Assembly: GCF_000315625.1 (NCBI RefSeq)
Contig: NW_005434670.1
Span: forward strand, 412,833-476,832
Source of the DNA: Guillardia theta CCMP2712
Taxonomy: Eukaryota; Protista; Cryptophyta
Length of the DNA stretch: 64,000 bases
Reading direction: 5' to 3'
A program made the position numbers and the translations under genes. Below, in pieces: positions 49,585-60,611 of the stretch. Below the pieces are notes generated by a model that saw nothing but the letters and a program-made list of their open reading frames with translations, made no database searches and was not told the DNA's origin. Numbering within the stretch: the stretch's first letter is position 1; each line of letters opens with the position of its first letter.

Positions 49585-50923
49585 CTTCGCGAGGAGAAGA
49601 AAGTCAGCACGTTTGACAACATGAGAGTAAAAGATCAACTCATACGATAAGAACAGAGCTGCACATCTTCATGTTCTTTCAGCCATCGCTAAGTCAACAG
49701 CCACATGTCTGAATCTCTTTCCAGGCCTTAGAACTGCCCCCGACCTCACTGCAACACCCGATTCACCCTTATAAGTGTTCTGCCTGCATCTTCTGGTGAC
49801 TCCCGTCTAGTTCCATCATGCTCTGTCCCATCTTGACTAGCCTGTTTCATCTCCTCTTCCACTCTCATGACCATGCTATTTGCGGGGTTGTTGTCCCTTG
49901 TGTTTTTTTTTTCTCCGGCCATTCCTTTTTGTCTTTTTTGTTTTTCCTCCATTGCAGCCACGTAGCTGTTGACGGTTACAACAGTTGGTCCTGCAATATG
50001 ATGATGGGAACCGGGCCGACTCGCTGTACCGGGGCCCGGGCCCGGGCCGCCCGCCCGCCGGGCGCGGCGGCCCCGGGGCCGGGCGGCGGGGGGGCGGGCG
50101 GGTTCAGATTCGCGGGCCGAGCGGGCCAGTGACTCGACGGGCCTGGGGAGCCACTCGGCGGCGCCCGGCGACCTCCGGGGGCCCTAACACTGATCGAGTG
50201 GCACTGGCCGGGCGCCGCCAGTCGGTCGCCAACGGCGCAGGGACTCGCGCGGCCGGCACCGTGACGGTCCGGCGATCGGGCGAGCCCCAGTGACCGGGTC
50301 GGATTGCACATGATGCGGCACTGACGGTCCAAGTTATGTCCTGCCTTCGTGCTGATAAACGACTCTTCAGCAGGTCACGCAAGTTGGTTGTGCGGTACGG
50401 TATAAGAGGCGGCCCCCGCCCCGGCAACTCGCATCACGTAACGCCCGTGGGGACCAGCTACACTCAGTGACTGATGATGGGCCAGCATGTGGGCGCGGCA
50501 CCGTGGCACCCGTGATGATCCGGGGCCGAGCCGGATCAGGGACTCGCCCCTGACCGTACTGCTACGGTACTGTCAGTAGTACTCGCGGCCCCCCCGGCCG
50601 GGACCCGGTACGCCGGGTCAGCGGCTCCGACGAGCAGGCTCAGGGCCGAGGTCGCGCGTTCTCGGAGGCCGTGCCCCGGGCCACGCCGGGTAGACTGATA
50701 TTATCTACTGAGTAGTAAGATGGGTACTGTAGTGATCGGACTTGTCTTGCCAAGTTGATTTGCCAACTTTGTGGCTGACCACTAGCCATACGGTCCTGCA
50801 CGGTGAGGTATCATCGGAGACGTGAATATCTGAGTAGAAACCCATATCAGCTATCCACACACATTGAAGGCTGGTGGTGGCAACGGTAGATCGGATGTCA
50901 CCTGAGACTCAGTTGGTTGAAGT

Positions 50924-53900
50924 TTATCTCCTCCTTGATGGCGGCCCTCCATCTCGTTTCCCAGTGGCGCGCTTCAACAACAGACGTTTCTGTACATAAA
51001 TCGGTCAAATACTATCGACAAACTTCACAGTACGACATACCGGATCCCTCTTCTTCTTCTTCTTCTTTACCTTCTTCTCAACTTTCTTTACAACCATGTC
51101 CTTTTCTGGGCTGGCTCCGGTTTCTTCTTGTATTTGATTCCTTCATATCCGACCTACTCAGCACGCCTCCCTGCTTCCTCATACCGCACAGCTTACCTAA
51201 CCGCTGCATCCTCTCCTCTCGAATCTCCTCCTCCGTCGGGGGCTTGCCTGGAGTATGAGGGGTGAGCAGAGTCACCTCGAAAGCCCCCGGGCTACCTGTG
51301 CCTCCCATGGACGGCATTTTGGGCAGCTCCCTATCGGCGAGGGGGTCTGGACCTTCTCCGTCGTATCCTTCCCTCTGTGAGATTCATTACGGGGGGAAAG
51401 GAAAGAAAGGAGAGGGAGCAGGTTGGAATGAAGCTTACCTGCACTGCTCTGATTTTCTTCAAGCTTTTCTGGATCATGATGCTCCGACCAGTGGCCTTCA
51501 TGTTCAAGTCAGGCGCTGGAAGTGTATGGGATGTGCGGACAGGTCGTGGGGGTCGTGGAGGTCTTGTCGGTTTTTCAGTGAGGCCCTTGAGCTTCTTCTC
51601 TTCCGCTGCTAGTCGTTAAAGGCCAGAAGAATCAAAAGTCGACACCCAGCACCTGCTAACTTCTGCTGCCTGTGAAAGCGTTCTTTGATCTTCCGCCGGA
51701 TCCGGTCGTCCGCCATGATCTTCATGCTTGTCAAATCGTCAGGCGTGCATGCTATTTTCCACCTGTTCTGTCAACGATTTGAAGCGAAGATGCTTCGGAA
51801 GATTTTCCCTGCTGGGCGTAAGCTTCAAACTAATCATCCTTCCGTCACCAAGGATGCTTGGGATCGATCGCATAGTATCCCTCCTGCCATTTTGCATCTC
51901 AGCCATAGCGCTGCTGCAGCTGACACGTACCGCGAAGTATTTTGGGTACTCGAGTTTGGTCGGTGACTTGGTGGTAGTTCCCTTCTTTTCCCATCCTGTC
52001 CGGGACAGTCAGCTGCAATCTCGTGCAGCACGCATCTTACCGAGAGACTTGTAACGATTCTTGGGGTCCCAGGTGTTCCTCTGAGTTCGACAGGGAAAGT
52101 TGCGAAGTCGCAAAGGAGAGAAGAGCGAGGGAGGAAGGCAAGAGCACAAGTCAGCTGACACAAGTACATGAAAAGGCAAGGCATAGAGCAAGCTTTTGAC
52201 ATAGATGTGCCCTCACTTCAGTTAACAGTTTGAAGTCAGCTCGGAGGTCTGGACGGCTCTTGAGGTCTGGACCTTTAGGCAGGTCAAACCTGCAAGAAAA
52301 AGTATGACGGAGGGCCTGATGATAAGAGGAATTCAACCATCTCGGTCCAGCTGTAGGCTCAGCTTTATGTTTTTTCAAAGCTCGTTTGACGCTCAAACTT
52401 GATTTGTCATCCACATTGTGAAGAGAATCTGATGAACTGATGAGTGAATAAAGGCAGGAAGCAAACAGCAGGAACAAAAAGACGTTATACTGAAAGCAGC
52501 CAGCAAGCAAGGAGAGAGACAGGTTGGTAGGGGACAGCAGTAGGGACCAACGTATCTCAGAGAGAGGAAGGGGATGAAAAGAAAGGAGAACAAAACAAAA
52601 TGACAACAACCCAAGGTCTCGTAGGGCAACGTGAAGTTTTGTTTCGAGCTGAGAGTATTGATAATAGTCTGCATTGGCGTCACAGAGACAAGAGAGCTGC
52701 AGTCTTCATTCACGTCTCCGAAGACTTTGAGATGAGGAGGAAGGTCGGGTTTCCAAATGTACCTCCCATTCTCGTCCTTTCCTGTCTTGCATTGTCATTC
52801 AGTGACTGACCAACTCTTACTCACCGTCCGTGTATCTTTTAAAAACTTGCTCACTGCAAACAAACATTCAGACTCACAGCAGCCGCAGGCAACCCTGGAG
52901 CAAGAGGTAGCGAGGACTTCAATGGAGCAATGGTAGGCAGCGAGAGGCACTGAAGGGCCAGCAGGATGCAGTCACCCGAAGTGCCTTGTACCACGTAGGG
53001 GCAAGACCAGACGAAGGAGCTGAGAAGAGTCACAGGCAGACTTTGCAGCACTTGCTCCTGACCTCTTTAGTGGCATGCGACATCCACGGCTGAAGCTTGC
53101 GGTGTTGCTCTTGTCGACGCAAGAACTTTCTGCAACAATACACGCTAAGTGAGGATTGGTTGAGAGAAAGGGCGTCTAACTTGTCCGGGCACCACTTGAC
53201 CCGGTACTTGAAGAAGTCGATGTACTCATCCTGCAGGTGGAGCACAGGTAGCCGCTAAGATATCGCAAGGCAGGAGGAGGAGGAGACAGACCTCAGGGTC
53301 GATTTCTTGGCCTCTCCACGTTATCCTGTTGGTAGGGAGGAGTGTCAACAGAAGCAGGTTGCGAAACTTTCATTGCTCGCCGTTGTCGTCTGGTTCTTGT
53401 TCTGTTCTTAGGCTGATGCATCTAAGGAAGATCCATCAGTCATGGCGCACGACAACATGTTCTCTTCTCCAATGCCTGATTTTTCATCATCTCGAGGGTT
53501 GGGATGTAGAATGGATGCCTCTCTGTCCGGGAACAAGTTAATTGTCAGCTCACATCAAATGTCTGTACCACCTCTGATCATTGCTTCGAAGGATGGGTCG
53601 ACAGATCCCTTCTCTGTCTGCGCTTCTTCTTCCTCTTCAGCCAACCTTTCCATGACATCTTCGGGGAGCTTCGGATGAATAGAGTCAGTGCAGCGCTGAG
53701 TAGTAGAGACTCCTGCCATACCTCTGAAACGTGCAATTCGGACGGCTCTGCTCATGCGCAACATGGTCAGCATCAGATGAGGTGAAACGAGTCACTTGCG
53801 TACCATCTTCACTCAGTGTAGACTGCGATGACTTCTCAGATCGCTCGGATCCCTCCTCCCACGAGCTCCCACTGTCGCTCGATGCCTTGCCCACATCCGA

Positions 53901-54227
53901 GGAGTCAGAGCGGCGATCACCTCGTCTTCGAGGGATGCCCCGGGGCTCAGCCTGTTTCTTCTTCTCTTCCTCTGACGTGGAAGGGCTGTCTTCCCCTGAG
54001 GCCCACCCGTCGCTGGACTCCTTATCTTCGCTACTGGATGCTCCTCTTTTCTTTCTCCCTTTACCCCCCCTCAACTTCAGCAAGGCTGGAGCCACAGTAG
54101 CGCGAGGGTTTGCTTGGCGGCAGGTGTTCGTCTCGTGGTTGACCCAACTGAAGGAGCGAGAGGGCACAAGAATCAACACCAGGAACAGACTTGAGCACAC
54201 CCAACTCCTCCGCCATGTTTTCGTCAT
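50924..54227 (-). CDS. Fcf2 (pre-rRNA processing) domain protein with N-terminal signal peptide and LRGG motif
   Basis: Fcf2-like TAGPRWFDLPK...DLRADFKLL, YPKYFA, FKSLTEQIMADDRIRRKIKERF (52400-51670). N-terminus MTKTWRRSWVCSSLFLVLILVPSRSF...LLKLRGG. Linkage across ~15 short introns is inferred. Confidence 0.6.
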
Positions 54228-55520
54228 CCTCCCGTTCGCCAACATTAGTCGAGGGGGGACGAGACCGACGAGGTGGAGCAGAGGAGAAGCAGATAGGAGG
54301 ACCAAGAGGGGTCGAGAGGGTGAGATGGGTTCAGCATTCCTAGTCTCTCCCTCCTCCTCCTCTACCCTCGCCCATCAGCCGCATCGCCTTGCACGACGAT
54401 CATCGCCCTCACTCTCGATATCTCATCGCCCTCATGCGCTGATTTTTTCATGTCCCTCATACCCACTTCCCTTTATGTGAGCCACACCAGGGGTGGTGTC
54501 AAGAGGTCAGCACTAGTCTCATGGGGGTAGGGGTCATTAACCAAAATAGAAGTGGGGTGCTGAAGGTCCAAAATAACCGGGTAGTCAACACAGGTAGGGG
54601 GTCAGGAATTTTGGGGGGGTAGGGTACATCCGACTGTCCAGGAGAACGAAAGGGTGGAGGTGTAGAAGCTATGAGGGTAGGGGTTATGATAAGGAAAATG
54701 TGGGGTGGGGGGGTGCAGGTGTGGTAACATTGGATCTATTTTTTCCTCAGGGGTAGGGGTACTTTCACAGGGGTAGGGGTAGTTTCAAATGCGGGTTACT
54801 ACAATGTCAAGACTGGGGTGCTTGCAGGGTACGTGGGGTAGGGTTTCAGCCAGCCTCAAATTTTCAGGAGGGTGGGTAATGTGGGAAGGGTGGGGTAGGT
54901 CTGGGAGGGTCGTGGGAGGTGGCGGAGTAGTCGCCATGACGTGCACACGTGCGATGATGGAAGCGAGGAGGAAGGAGAGGGAAGGAAAGAAGAAGACGAG
55001 AGCAGGAAGGAGGGAAGGAGGAGAGAAGGGAAGGAGGGGAGAAGGGAAGGAGAGACGGAGTTTTGAGGATTAAGACAGCGAAGTAGAAGAGGATGTGGAG
55101 AAAGCAGAACGGCAAGGACGAAAATAGACATTATCATATAAGAAGGCAAGAGATGGTGAATGAAGATGGAATGTGAAATAATGTATCGATAAAGACATCG
55201 GGTAAAGATGGGCGAAGAGATGGAACCGATAATGGTGCGTCGAGGAAGGATGGGGATGGGGATGGAGATAAGAGGAGATGCGTAGGGGAAGGGCGAGGGA
55301 CATGGGCGGGGGCGGGAATGTCGAGTGAGTAACAGAGCAGCGTCGCAGATGACTATGAAGTTAGTCAGATAGGAAACTGTAGACCATGGGAAGAAAATCA
55401 AAGATAGTAGAATCATTTTTGCATGAGGGAAGCTGGGCAAGGAGAGAAGCCTAGTCCTACAATGAACCTTCTTCATCGCGAATGACCTCGGTCTGACATG
55501 GCAGTACTTGCTAGGTTGGT

Positions 55521-57587
55521 ATGTGTGCAGCTTCGCCTATGGTCGACGATCTGTTGGCCATGGCAAACGATGAGATAGCGTCCTTGATTCCCAGCAACTT
55601 CTTTGTGGATGGCTCCGCCGTCAGCGGCAAGAAAGTGTCAGAGGCCGCTTCCTTGGACCAAGAGACCTTGTACAAGGCGGTCCTCAAGGCCCTGGGAGAC
55701 GAGGACGCGAAGATCAGGGGAGGGGGTCAAGGGATCGCCCTTCACATGGAGGCTCAGTTCATCATGTCCAAGATCCATCATTACCTCGACACCGACGGCG
55801 ACGGCGAGCAAGATGCTGATCGAGCTGATCGGACTGCAGCCTCCATGGCCCTCGTCATCGGCGGCGTCGCCAACCGTCTCGGAGACGTGGAAGTAGCTAA
55901 GTCGACGGTCAATCGCATCGCTGCCTTGCTCGCCTGCCCCTCCTTGGACGTGCAGACCGCCTGCGCCGTCGGAATCAGCCGAGCGATTAAGGTGCTGCCC
56001 GCCGAGCAGGGGACGGAGACTCTGAACCACTACCTCTCTGGGCTCGGAACGGAGGACGCTGCGACCGTCGCCTTTGGCATCGCAGGAGTGGTCAAGGGAG
56101 TGACGTCTAAGGCCCTCTGCTCGCATGGGGTGCTAGACCGCCTGGAGGAAGCTGTCAACGACAAGAAGGACGCCAAGAAGAGGGAGACGGCTCTCCGCAC
56201 ATATCAGGCGCTCTCTCTCGTCTTAAAGAACATCTTCGAGCCCTATGCAGGGAATGTTCTTCCGCAAATCATCGCCAAGCTCGGGGACAAGGTCGCCCAA
56301 GTGAAGGCAGCGGCTGAGGACGCCTTCAAGGATTTCACGTCCCTACTTTCCAACTACTCCTTGTATGCCGTCATGCCCATCGTCGGACGCGCCCTCGGTG
56401 ACTCAGCGTCCACCTCATGGCAAGCTCGCGTTTTCTGCCTCAACTTCGTGGAGTCGAAGGTGGTTGCAGCTCGGCGGCAGGTGACGAGCATCTCTCAGAG
56501 CATTGTTCCTTCAGTCATCGAGTCGCTTTCCGACACCAAGGCGGAGGTTCAAACTGCCGCCAAGTCTGCACTAACTACCATAGGAAACGAACTGATCACC
56601 AGCCCTGAGATGAAGGCCATGGTTGACCCGATCGTGTCTGCCATCATCTCACCCGGCGATATGACCAACCCCTGCGTCGAAAAGCTCATGGACGTGACAT
56701 TCATGAACCCGATCGACCGTCCCTGTCTCGCCCTCATGGTGCCTGTGCTCCGAAGAGGCTTGACGGAGAAGAGGAACGAGGATAAGCGAAGAGCTCTCCT
56801 CGTCGTTGGCAACATGTGCGGTCTGGTCATCGACGGCAAGGAGCTTATTCCCTATGTCCCTGCCATCATGCCCGACCTGGTTGCTTGCGTCAAGGACTCG
56901 AGCCCGGAGATGCGACACTACGGGGCGACGGCGCTCGCGGCATTTCTAAAGGTAGGAGGCTGCAGGTCGCCCGGGTGACTAAGAGCTTGTACCAGGGCAT
57001 GGCAGCAGCGCATTTGGAACAGAGGTTCGAGAACTTGGCGGAGGAGCTGCAGAAGCTTCAGAAGGAGATCGTGAGTGGGGTTTGGGATGGAGTCTCGAAC
57101 TTCTTCTCACTGCCTCTTTGCAGGTGTCGACCGACAACTCCGTCAAGACTGCGGCGGAGCGAAAGTTGCAGGAGCTGATCGATCTGGCTAGCGATCAGGC
57201 GACCAAGACGCATCATACTGAGGAGGAGGTGAAGGCTGACCTTGAGCGATTGAAATTGGAGGAGGAGGAGAAGCAACGTCAGGAGATTGAGGCTGCGGAA
57301 GCAGCAAAACAAATGGAGGTGAGCGATGCATTCTCATGTTAGATGTGCTCACGGCCTGGCAGATCGAGGAGGAATCTAGAGCTGAAGTCAGCGAGTATGC
57401 CCTACGGCAGAAGGCTATTCAAGAGGAGGAGAAAAGGAAGGAGGAGGAGAAGAAAGAGCTCGAGAAGCAAGCGCGCGAGGATGCGAAGAAACAGGCTGAA
57501 GCGGACAAGCTTCGCGCGTTCAAGAAGTTTCAGGAGGAGCAGAAAGCTGCTATGCTGAAGCACCAGAGGGCCAAGAAGAAGAAGTAA
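55521..57587 (+). CDS. GCN1/eEF3-type HEAT-repeat protein with charged coiled-coil tail, no ABC domains
   Basis: VAFGIAGVVKG, FEPY...LPQII..LGDK...V..AA, WQAR, IVPSVIESLSDTKAEV, TFMNPIDRPCLALMVPVLRRGL.E...KRRALLVVGNMCGLV.D..ELIPY, PEMR; ends ...RAKKKK* at 57587. Confidence 0.8.
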
Positions 57588-57589
57588 AC

Positions 57590-58800
57590 AAGGTCTTGCT
57601 CTATCAACAACAAGTCTACAGCCTCTATCTACATCGTCCTGCTCCTTCTCCTCGGCCCCTGTCCTCAAAGGAAGTCCAGACGCAGCCCTCTCACGCGGGG
57701 TCGCAGCTGCAGTAGCTCTCACTCGCTGCAGGTACCGGAAGCGACTTACCGGCACAGGCGTGGAGTTGAGAGGGGCGCCGAGGCCCTGGAGCAACCTGCC
57801 GGTGACGTCAGCAACCCTCGAGGAGTGCGTGCTCGTGCGACCGCTCGGCCGGAGGGATGTCAGGAGTTCTCACAAACTTTTCCTGCAAGCGCCATCAGCG
57901 AGACGCTTCTCCTGCTCCCTCCCACCTTGATCGAGTCGTATCCGTTGGTCACAAACCCCACCGCCAGCGCCGAGTTGAGCTTCAAGAGCTCCGCCAGCTG
58001 CTCCAGGAGCCTTGTCCTGACGCATCGCCATCAGCTCACGCACCTAAGGGGAACTATGTACTTGTGCTGTTGAGACACGCCAGGTTCGTGGACTGCGCGT
58101 ACAAAGATCATGCATTTCTCTGCTATCCGACGATTCAGCTGCTGCCACAGGAAATCCCAAAAGTCGCCAGTCCCTCTGCGTCGAGTCAGCAGCTAGACGC
58201 AAGAGGAAACCGCTTCCCAACCTCAGCTGAACGATGCTCAGCGCTCCTGCCACTTTCCGTCGGAACCCTCCCTGCTCCGCACACGCCACGGTCTCCCGCA
58301 TCCATTGTGCTTCGTTGCAATCTTCCAGCAGCCCCCGCGGTTGCACGAGTGACGTCAGCTCCTCGTACTTGTGATGCAGCACGCTGATCGGGTAGGTCAG
58401 ATGTTACAGCACTAGAGGGCAAATGGTACCTTCGATGGGGAGGACAAGCGGCCTGTGCGACAGGCCGCACGAGATCAGTGAGCATGCGCAGAGTGTTGAT
58501 ATCCTTATACTGCAAGAGATTCAGAAGAAGATCCCCGACCTCAAACTTGTCACATCAGGAACTTGCCCCTGCTCGTTTCCTCGCGACAGAACCGTCGGGA
58601 TGGGCGTGTGATATGATGGTAGCGGAGGCATGGGACCCTGGAAACCAACACGATGACTCACAGACAAGAATGATGTGGGGTCACCTTCTTGGTTTCTCGC
58701 CTCCATCTATGCTCTGCTGGCTCGAGCTCTCTCATCGTCCCAAAGTCCACACTAACCGCACAAGCGTCGTTCCGTCAAGGTTGTTCTACCTGCCAAACAT
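57590..58800 (-). CDS. Hypothetical spliced protein
   Basis: Short exon/intron pattern on the minus strand, divergent from the PPR gene. Not reliably reconstructed. Confidence 0.3.
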
Positions 58801-58962
58801 GGCTCGTCAGATCCAGCTGTCAAGAGCCTGTGAAGTAGTAGTCTGATCCTCTACTGCTCACTCCATCTTCCCCCTCTCGCTCAGGCACCTTCCTCCTTCT
58901 TCCTCCTCTCGCTACTTCAACCCTCACTGCATGAAAAACGCACCACCAAATTCCAACGCCCT

Positions 58963-59020
58963 TGTAACGGCATATGTAACGTAAAATAAAACCGCTATAT
59001 AACCACTCGTGTGTAACGAC
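58963..59020 (+). promoter_or_regulatory. Promoter with TGTAACG cluster and TATA-like box
   Basis: tgtaacgg 58963, tgtaacgt 58975, tatataa 58996, tgtaacga 59012; ATG at 59046. Confidence 0.5.
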
Positions 59021-59045
59021 CAAAAACGGCCGAGGAGACGCTTAC

Positions 59046-59990
59046 ATGCTGATGCTCCGGGCCGCCGCGGCGCACGCGCGGGCGTCATGGGCTGAGGGAA
59101 GGAGGCTGGCACCAGCCCTTGGCTCCCTTGGCTCTCTCACATCTTCTCCCTCTCCCTCCTTCTCTCCTGCTCGCGCCGCCTGGCAGCGTCGCAGCTACAC
59201 CGCAGAGGAGAGCCAGGTGTCCATTCCGCCTGTCTTCACCAGAGAGGAATTCCGCCAGCAGAAGCATATGATCTTTGAATCGGATGCCCCCACCATTTTT
59301 CAATACCTGATGGAAAGATTCAAAAGAAAATTGTATCCTAGCAGGGGCGAGATGCATCAATACATCAAGGCATGCGAAACTCAAGAAGATTTGAACAGGA
59401 CCTTCTATCTGTACGGTCTTTTGCGCGTGAAGTACACGGATCTTCACGTTGAATCAGGGGGATTGTTGATGGAAGCTTGCATCAGGAAGGAGCATCTAGA
59501 TGCTGCTCTCAGGTTGTTATTTTCGCACAGAGTCTATCGTCTGGGCCTGCCCAAGACTGCATGCGTACATTTGGTGGCTGCGCTGGGCAAAGCTGGGCGG
59601 TACGAGGAGATGGTTGCGGCAGCGCTGTTCTGCTACCACGTGAAGATGAATATGGCAGACAAGAGGACCTTTAACGCAGTGATCTACTCCTTGTGTGCTG
59701 GTGAAAAACTCTCGGAGGCCATTGCCATGATGAAGAAGATGCAGGACCTCGAGCAAGTCTACGACAAGTTTCAGTTCCGCATTATTCTCACGGAGTGCAA
59801 CCGTCAGATGGCTGCCGGAGATGAAAAGGCTTCTGCTGCAGCTGAGATCCGCCAGCAAGTGGCTGCCTTGCTCAAGGAAGTCAAGATAGATGACCCCCGG
59901 TGCCAGGAACTCCTGTCTGAGGAATTCCAGGTGAGTGCGGCGAATGCAGATGCATCTGAGCAGGCACCAGAAGAAGGCGACAAGAAGTAG
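59046..59990 (+). CDS. Mitochondrial PPR-like protein
   Basis: Intronless 314 aa; Arg/Ala/Ser presequence ending QRRSY; PPR-like ACVHLVAALGKAGRYEE and TFNAVIYSLCAGEKLSEAIAMMKKMQ. Confidence 0.8.
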   Translation: MLMLRAAAAHARASWAEGRRLAPALGSLGSLTSSPSPSFSPARAAWQRRSYTAEESQVSIPPVFTREEFRQQKHMIFESDAPTIFQYLMERFKRKLYPSRGEMHQYIKACETQEDLNRTFYLYGLLRVKYTDLHVESGGLLMEACIRKEHLDAALRLLFSHRVYRLGLPKTACVHLVAALGKAGRYEEMVAAALFCYHVKMNMADKRTFNAVIYSLCAGEKLSEAIAMMKKMQDLEQVYDKFQFRIILTECNRQMAAGDEKASAAAEIRQQVAALLKEVKIDDPRCQELLSEEFQVSAANADASEQAPEEGDKK

Positions 59991-60611
59991 AGCTCATTGA
60001 ATTGTTCTTCAATCTTTGATATCATATTGCTACACCCGAACTTGCCAAAACTTGCTCTGTTTCACTACCTGTCGAGAAACTGGAGAATCCTCCAACAAGG
60101 ATAGCAAGCATAGCTCAATTCACGCTCATGTCTTCTGACTTTTTCTTCAATCCTAGAAGCATCCATGATTGAGCTCATCAGCACCCTGTCGACGCAGCTG
60201 TCGGCGATCGGATGACTCAGTAACTCACGAAATAATGACTCAGCGATGGGCTCCGGCAGAGCGTGGTTGAGATGATGCCTCTTGACTCTGCTACTCGATC
60301 AGCTTGACTTGAGATCTCTCTGCCTTCTTCCTGAGAGTCTCCTTTATCCTTGTTTCAGTGCCAGATAGGTGCGCCTGCCGTTACGAGAATCAATATGGCA
60401 TCAGTTGCAGCCGTTACACACGGCGGTCTTTATAAGTGAGAGCCCTGCATCCTCCTGCGATCCGTCTTGCCCCCCCCCCCGCTTCCGCTTCCTCCCCCTC
60501 TCCTTCTGCTCCTTCCCGCGACCTGCTGGTAGAAGCAGCAGACAGTAGAGGAGGGCTTACTGCTTGCTCCTCGTTCACGTCCTAGCACAGACCTCCACAT
60601 CTTCCTTGTGC

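Noticed and set aside
54856-55476. 206-aa hydrophobic minus-strand ORF
   Set aside because: Product of a purine-rich intergenic strand; no domain features.
60060-60470. Possible small minus-strand gene and two TGACTCA (AP-1-like) sites
   Set aside because: Every frame tried has stops; two heptamers alone are insufficient evidence.
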